Assembly (NCBI GenBank): GCA_963825525.1
Contig: CAWGTN010000002.1
Span: 800,001 to 864,000, forward strand
DNA length: 64,000 bases
Reading direction: 5' to 3'
From: an uncultured Chloroflexia bacterium
GTDB lineage: Bacteria; Chloroflexota; Limnocylindria; QHBO01
Below the pieces are notes generated by a model that ran no database searches, had not been told where the DNA came from, and saw nothing but the letters and a program-made list of their open reading frames with translations. A program made the position numbers and the translations under genes. Of this stretch, positions 61,681-64,000 are shown piece by piece (the first letter of the stretch is position 1; the number at the start of each line of letters is the position of its first letter).

Positions 61681-63153
61681 TCAGGTGCGCTCGGACGCCT
61701 CGACGCTCTTGCTCAGCGAGACGAGGAACTCCGCGTTGTTCTTCGTCTTGCCGAGACGCTGCATGAGCAACTCGATCCCCTCGTTGGGGCCGACGGCGCT
61801 CAGCATGCGGCGCATGGTCCACACCATCCGCAGCTCGTTCTCGTCGAGCAGGAGCTCCTCGCGCCGGGTACCGGAGCGGAGCACGTCGATGGCCGGGAAG
61901 ATGCGCTTCTCGCTGAGCTTCCGGTCGAGCGCCAGCTCCATGTTGCCGGTGCCCTTGAACTCCTCGTAGATCACGTCGTCCATGCGGCTGCCGGTATCGA
62001 CCAGGCAGGTGGCGATGATCGTGAGCGAGCCGCCATGTTCGATGTTGCGCGCCGCACCGAAGAATCGCTTCGGTGGGTACAACGCCACGGGATCCACGCC
62101 ACCCGAGAGGGTCTTGCCGGAGGCCGGCAGGGCCAGGTTGTAGGCGCGCGCCAGGCGGGTGATCGAGTCGAGCAGGATCACCACGTCCCGACCGGTCTCG
62201 ACCTGGCGCTTGGCGATCTCGAGGCACATCTCCGCCACGCGGGTGTGGTTCTCGGTCGGCTCGTCGAAGGTCGAGGAGTAGATCTCGCCATCGACGCTGC
62301 GCTGCATGTCGGTGACTTCCTCGGGGCGCTCTCCGATGAGCGCAACCATGAGGAGGGCCTCGGGCGCGTTTTCGGTGATGCCCGCCGCGATCTGCTTGAG
62401 CACCGTCGTCTTGCCGGCCTTGGCCGGCGACAGGATGAGACCGCGCTGCCCCTTGCCGATGGGGCTGATGAGGTTGATCAGTCGCTGGGTGAGGTTCTTC
62501 TGGTCGGTCTCGATGTCGAACATCTCGTCGGGGAAGACCGGCACCAGCGAGTCGAAGTAGGGGCGGCGCTTGGCCACCTCCGGCTCAACCCCGTTGACCG
62601 TGTCGACGCGCAGCATGCCCCAGTACTTCTCCTGGTCCTTGGGCGGGCGCGTCTGCCCCGTCACACGGTCGCCGGTGCGCAGCCCGAAACGGCGAACCTG
62701 CGAGGTGCTGACGTAGATGTCCTCGTTCGACGGCATGACGCCGTTCACGCGAAGGAAGCCGAATCCCTCGTCGACGATCTCGAGGATGCCCTCGGCCTCG
62801 CCCGACTGCCCGTTGCGCTCGGACTGCGGTGGGGCCAACGGCACGACGTCGAGCAGCTTGAGGATGAGGTCGGAATGCTCGAGCTCCTCGAAGCCGGTGA
62901 TCTGGTGGTCGGAAGCGAGCTCCCGCAGCTCCTCGATCGGCTTCGCCTGCAGGTCGGCGAGGTTCATCCCCGGATCGTCGGCATCCGATGGAAACGGCCC
63001 GGTGAAGATGGACGAGTACTGGCCCGACGCGTAGTCGTTCCGGCGGCGCGGGGCATAGCCACCGCGCTGCTGTCCCTGCTGAGGGCGCCGAGGTGCGGAT
63101 TCTTGCCGGCGTCGCGATCGGCGACGCTGCTGTGGTCGCGCGTCGTCGTTCAT
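61681..63153 (-). CDS. rho: Transcription termination factor Rho with Arg/Gln-rich N-terminal extension
   Basis: [47 protein letters not shown]. Confidence 0.97.
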   Translation of the reverse strand: MNDDARPQQRRRSRRRQESAPRRPQQGQQRGGYAPRRRNDYASGQYSSIFTGPFPSDADDPGMNLADLQAKPIEELRELASDHQITGFEELEHSDLILKLLDVVPLAPPQSERNGQSGEAEGILEIVDEGFGFLRVNGVMPSNEDIYVSTSQVRRFGLRTGDRVTGQTRPPKDQEKYWGMLRVDTVNGVEPEVAKRRPYFDSLVPVFPDEMFDIETDQKNLTQRLINLISPIGKGQRGLILSPAKAGKTTVLKQIAAGITENAPEALLMVALIGERPEEVTDMQRSVDGEIYSSTFDEPTENHTRVAEMCLEIAKRQVETGRDVVILLDSITRLARAYNLALPASGKTLSGGVDPVALYPPKRFFGAARNIEHGGSLTIIATCLVDTGSRMDDVIYEEFKGTGNMELALDRKLSEKRIFPAIDVLRSGTRREELLLDENELRMVWTMRRMLSAVGPNEGIELLMQRLGKTKNNAEFLVSLSKSVEASERT

Positions 63154-63353
63154 GGTCGCCTCGGCTGCCAGCAGTGCTTCATGTAGGACCTGACCTCGAT
63201 GAGCTTCGGGGAGCCGTCCCTGCTGCACCACCCTCGATTCGTCATGAGGGTCTGGGTAAAACGTCGGCAGGAGCGGCAGTTGAAGAGGTCGACCCGGGGG
63301 TCGTCGGAGCGGCCGGGGGTCGGGGGCTGGTGATCGGGATCACGTGCGGTCAA
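63150..63353 (-). CDS. Small four-Cys (putative Zn-binding) protein coupled to rho
   Basis: DLFNCRSCRRF...GWC...KHCW; TGA overlaps the rho ATG; TTG start follows the upstream gene's stop. Confidence 0.6.
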   Translation of the reverse strand: MTARDPDHQPPTPGRSDDPRVDLFNCRSCRRFTQTLMTNRGWCSRDGSPKLIEVRSYMKHCWQPRRP

Positions 63354-63357
63354 ACGG

Positions 63358-64000
63358 TCAGACCTTGCGGGTCCCGGCACGGGTGGTGATGTTGGGTCCC
63401 CCATATCCGCTCATCTCACCGATGAGACGCGTCCGAATCTGACGCAGGAGGGGTCTCCAGTCCAGGGCATCATACCCGACCTGCGCAAGCGCGTCCTCGA
63501 TGCTCGACGCGCCCTCCAGGTTCGCCACGGCGTCCCGGGCCCCATCCGATGACCACCAGGCGGCCCCGAACCGCGTCTCGAGCCGCTCAGCCATTGCGCC
63601 GGCCACGATGGCCCGCTCGACGATGGCCAGGGACGAGCGCGGCGGCCCGAGGAATCGGAGATATGCGGCCTCCGGCATGGCCACGCCGATCATATGGCCG
63701 ACGATGCCGGAGAAGTAGGCTCGCTCCAGCGCATCGTCGCGGGTCTCCGCGAGGCGCACCTCGTACAGCGCGACGCCGATGGCCAGCCGCACCTGCCACA
63801 GCCGGGAAAATGCGGCGAAGTCCGCGAACGGTGCGATCTCGTCGGAGGCCATGCCGAGGACGCTGCCGAGCCAGGTCGGGTCGCCGACCAACCAGCCGTA
63901 CAGGTCGCGAACCACCCCGGCCCCGAAGGTCGCGGCCTCTCCGTCACCGGCCAGGGCGGACCATCCACCGCGCCAGCCGTCCACGAGGTCGCCTTCGGGC
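63358..64000 (-). CDS. Hypothetical protein, C-terminal part (possibly a degenerate M3-peptidase-like fold); runs off the window
   Basis: Open to the window edge; ERLETRFG.AWW segment. Confidence 0.55.
   Translation of the reverse strand, partial: PEGDLVDGWRGGWSALAGDGEAATFGAGVVRDLYGWLVGDPTWLGSVLGMASDEIAPFADFAAFSRLWQVRLAIGVALYEVRLAETRDDALERAYFSGIVGHMIGVAMPEAAYLRFLGPPRSSLAIVERAIVAGAMAERLETRFGAAWWSSDGARDAVANLEGASSIEDALAQVGYDALDWRPLLRQIRTRLIGEMSGYGGPNITTRAGTRKV

Overview
GC-rich bacterial chromosome segment, probably Chloroflexota (inferred from gene content, GAAC-N4-GTTC LexA boxes and a T-box). Housekeeping content: argA-argD-argF, a split SOS mutagenesis cassette (imuA-imuB-DUF6504 and dnaE2, each with its own LexA box), an aapJQMP amino-acid ABC transporter, a coproporphyrin-dependent heme operon, a TasA/SipW-like locus, two tRNA-Ala genes, leuS-comEA-comEC-HD-holA, rsfS-nadD-obgE and rho. 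Several genes carry single-base frameshifts, probably long-read indel errors. Two things stand out. (1) A 6.2-kb lower-GC cargo element (41998-48178) is bounded by ~32-bp GGGG-initiated terminal inverted repeats and an exact 14-bp target-site duplication, and abuts the orphan end of a second element at the same site. This resembles a non-autonomous casposon-like tandem array targeting the leuS promoter; no integrase is present in the window. (2) The leuS leader is a Leu (CUC) T-box riboswitch with a complete tRNA-Ala(GGC) gene nested in its Stem III.
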